Assembly: GCA_032718475.1 (NCBI GenBank)
Contig: JAUCBJ010009140.1
Location: 52,488-116,487 of the forward strand
From: Nemertoderma westbladi
Taxonomy: Eukaryota > Animalia > Xenacoelomorpha
Length of the DNA: 64,000 nucleotides
Direction: 5' to 3'
How positions within the stretch are numbered: position 1 is the first letter of the stretch; each line of letters begins with the position of its first letter. Below, in pieces: positions 62,355-64,000 of this stretch. The notes beneath the pieces were generated by a model, which was not told where the DNA came from, ran no database searches, and was given only the letters and a program-made list of their open reading frames with translations. Made by a program: the position numbers and the translations under genes.

Positions 62355-63060
62355 GTGACGATGAGTTTAACTGGTGCATCGACTCTGCATACGAATTATC
62401 GAGCATGGCAATGAGTTTAACCACTGCGTCAACTCAGCGTACGAATTATCCTCCGTGTCAATGTGTTTAACCGCTGCATCGATGCCGCGTACGAATTATC
62501 CTCCGTGAAAATGAGTTTAACCACTGCGATCGACGCCGCGTACGAACTATCCTCCGCGACAATGAGTTTAACCGCTGCGTCGACGCCGCGTTCGAATTAT
62601 CGCTCCGTGGCAATGAGTTTAACCACTGCGATCGACGCCGCGTACGAATTATCGCTCCGTGGAAATGAGTTTAACCGCTGCATCGACGCCGCGTACGAAT
62701 TATCCTCCGTGGAAATGAGTTTAACCGCTGCGTCGATGCCGCGTACGAATTATCCTCCGTGAAAATGAGTTTAACCACTGCGACGACACCGCGTACAAAT
62801 ATCCTCCGCGACAATGAGTTTAACCGCTGCGACGACGCCGCGTTTGAATTATTGATCGTGGCAATGAGTTTAACCACTGCGACGACGCCGCATACGAATT
62901 ATTGATCGTGGAAATGAGTTTAACCGCTGCGACGACGCCGCATACGAATTATTGATCGTGGAAATGAGTTTAACCGCTGCGACGACGCCGCGTACGAATT
63001 ATTGATCGTGGAAATGAGTTTAACCACTGCATCGACTACACGACACGTACAAATTATTGA
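62355..63060. repeat. CpG-rich ~50-bp tandem repeat (about 14 units)
   Basis: GAGTTTAACCGCTGCG.CGACGCCGCGTACGAATTAT...GTGGAAAT; period 50 (62821, 62871, 62921, 62971, 63021). Confidence 0.93.
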
Positions 63061-63589
63061 CTGCGCCTACGAATTTTATTGCTGGGACAACTTTACGAAT
63101 GAAATATTATCCTCGGCCACTAATGCAATAAATTAATATATAGTAATAATTTTTGCAATTTACGTAATTTACGTTTTGTAATTTTCAACAAATTTAAATT
63201 AAATTTATAGTACTGTAATGTTTTTGTTTTGTAATAATTTATTGTAATAAATGCCAATTAATCTCAATTTACTTCTTAGTTCAACCTCTTCCCTAGATAT
63301 AACTACTAAAGTTAAATAAGAAACACAATTATGTGCTTATCAAACCCCGCGGGATATATGTATTGGTTTTTTTTATTGGTATTATTGGTATTGTTTACAC
63401 AAATATTTTTTGGTAATTTTTTATTACCGGTATATATATAATTGTTCATTTAATTTTGTGTGTAAACGCTACGCCGACAACCACTGCTAACAATGGGAAG
63501 TATGAAAATGTATCCTGAGTTCGCGACTCTTGTTTATTGTTTTGGTTAGAATAACCTTCCACTGTAACCCGATCCGATTAATTTGTTTT

Positions 63590-63729
63590 AACAATGGTTG
63601 TCGGCGTTGGTTGTCGGTTGTCGGCATTTTTACACCCTTTAATTTTGCAGTTGTGTATTAACAATGGTTGTCGGCGTTGGTTGTCAATTGTCGGCGTTTT
63701 TACACCCTTTAATTTTGCAGTTGTGTATA
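63590..63729. repeat. 70-bp direct duplication
   Basis: AACAATGGTTGTCGGCGTTGGTTGTC...TTTTGCAGTTGTGTAT occurs twice. Confidence 0.85.
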
Positions 63730-64000
63730 TTACAACAGGGCGATATCCATTCATTTTAATTTTTTTGTTATAAAACAGTTTTAATTAATGCAAAGTAGCA
63801 AATGCCACGCTGTTATCCAACAACCACAGCTGAATTTGAAACTGAAACCTGTGCTAATGACTCTCGTTTATTGTTTTGGTTAAAATGACCTTCCGCTGTA
63901 ACCTGTTCATTTACACTCATTTATAATTACCATTAATTAGTGCTAATTGGTTTTCAGCCTAGCGTTTACACCTTTGTAACGCCTGCATTTGTATTTAAGT

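Overview
AT-rich eukaryotic (metazoan, probably invertebrate) genomic window; more than half is tandem repeat. The long repetitive ORFs in the track are mostly read-through of satellite DNA. Between the arrays I can assemble by hand a phase-consistent 9-exon minus-strand gene (53214 to 6849, 1830 nt, 609 aa) with three duplicated pipsqueak-like helix-turn-helix (HTH_psq) modules. At each of the three HTH exons the 5' splice junction (CCAG|GTATAG) has been amplified into the same 30-bp, in-frame, GT...AG tandem array (about 50, 116 and 14 copies). Two intronless plus-strand genes are nested in its introns: a secreted Cys-rich protein and an SLC49A4/DIRC2-like MFS transporter. A 20-kb 63-bp satellite with higher-order structure sits inside one tRNA-derived SINE that still has its target-site duplication. 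A 67-bp array has a single-copy homologue nearby. Also present are RTE-like LINE fragments, a Penelope-like retroelement with a hammerhead ribozyme and an inverted duplication, and several small repeats. There is a 100-N assembly gap at 40823-40922.
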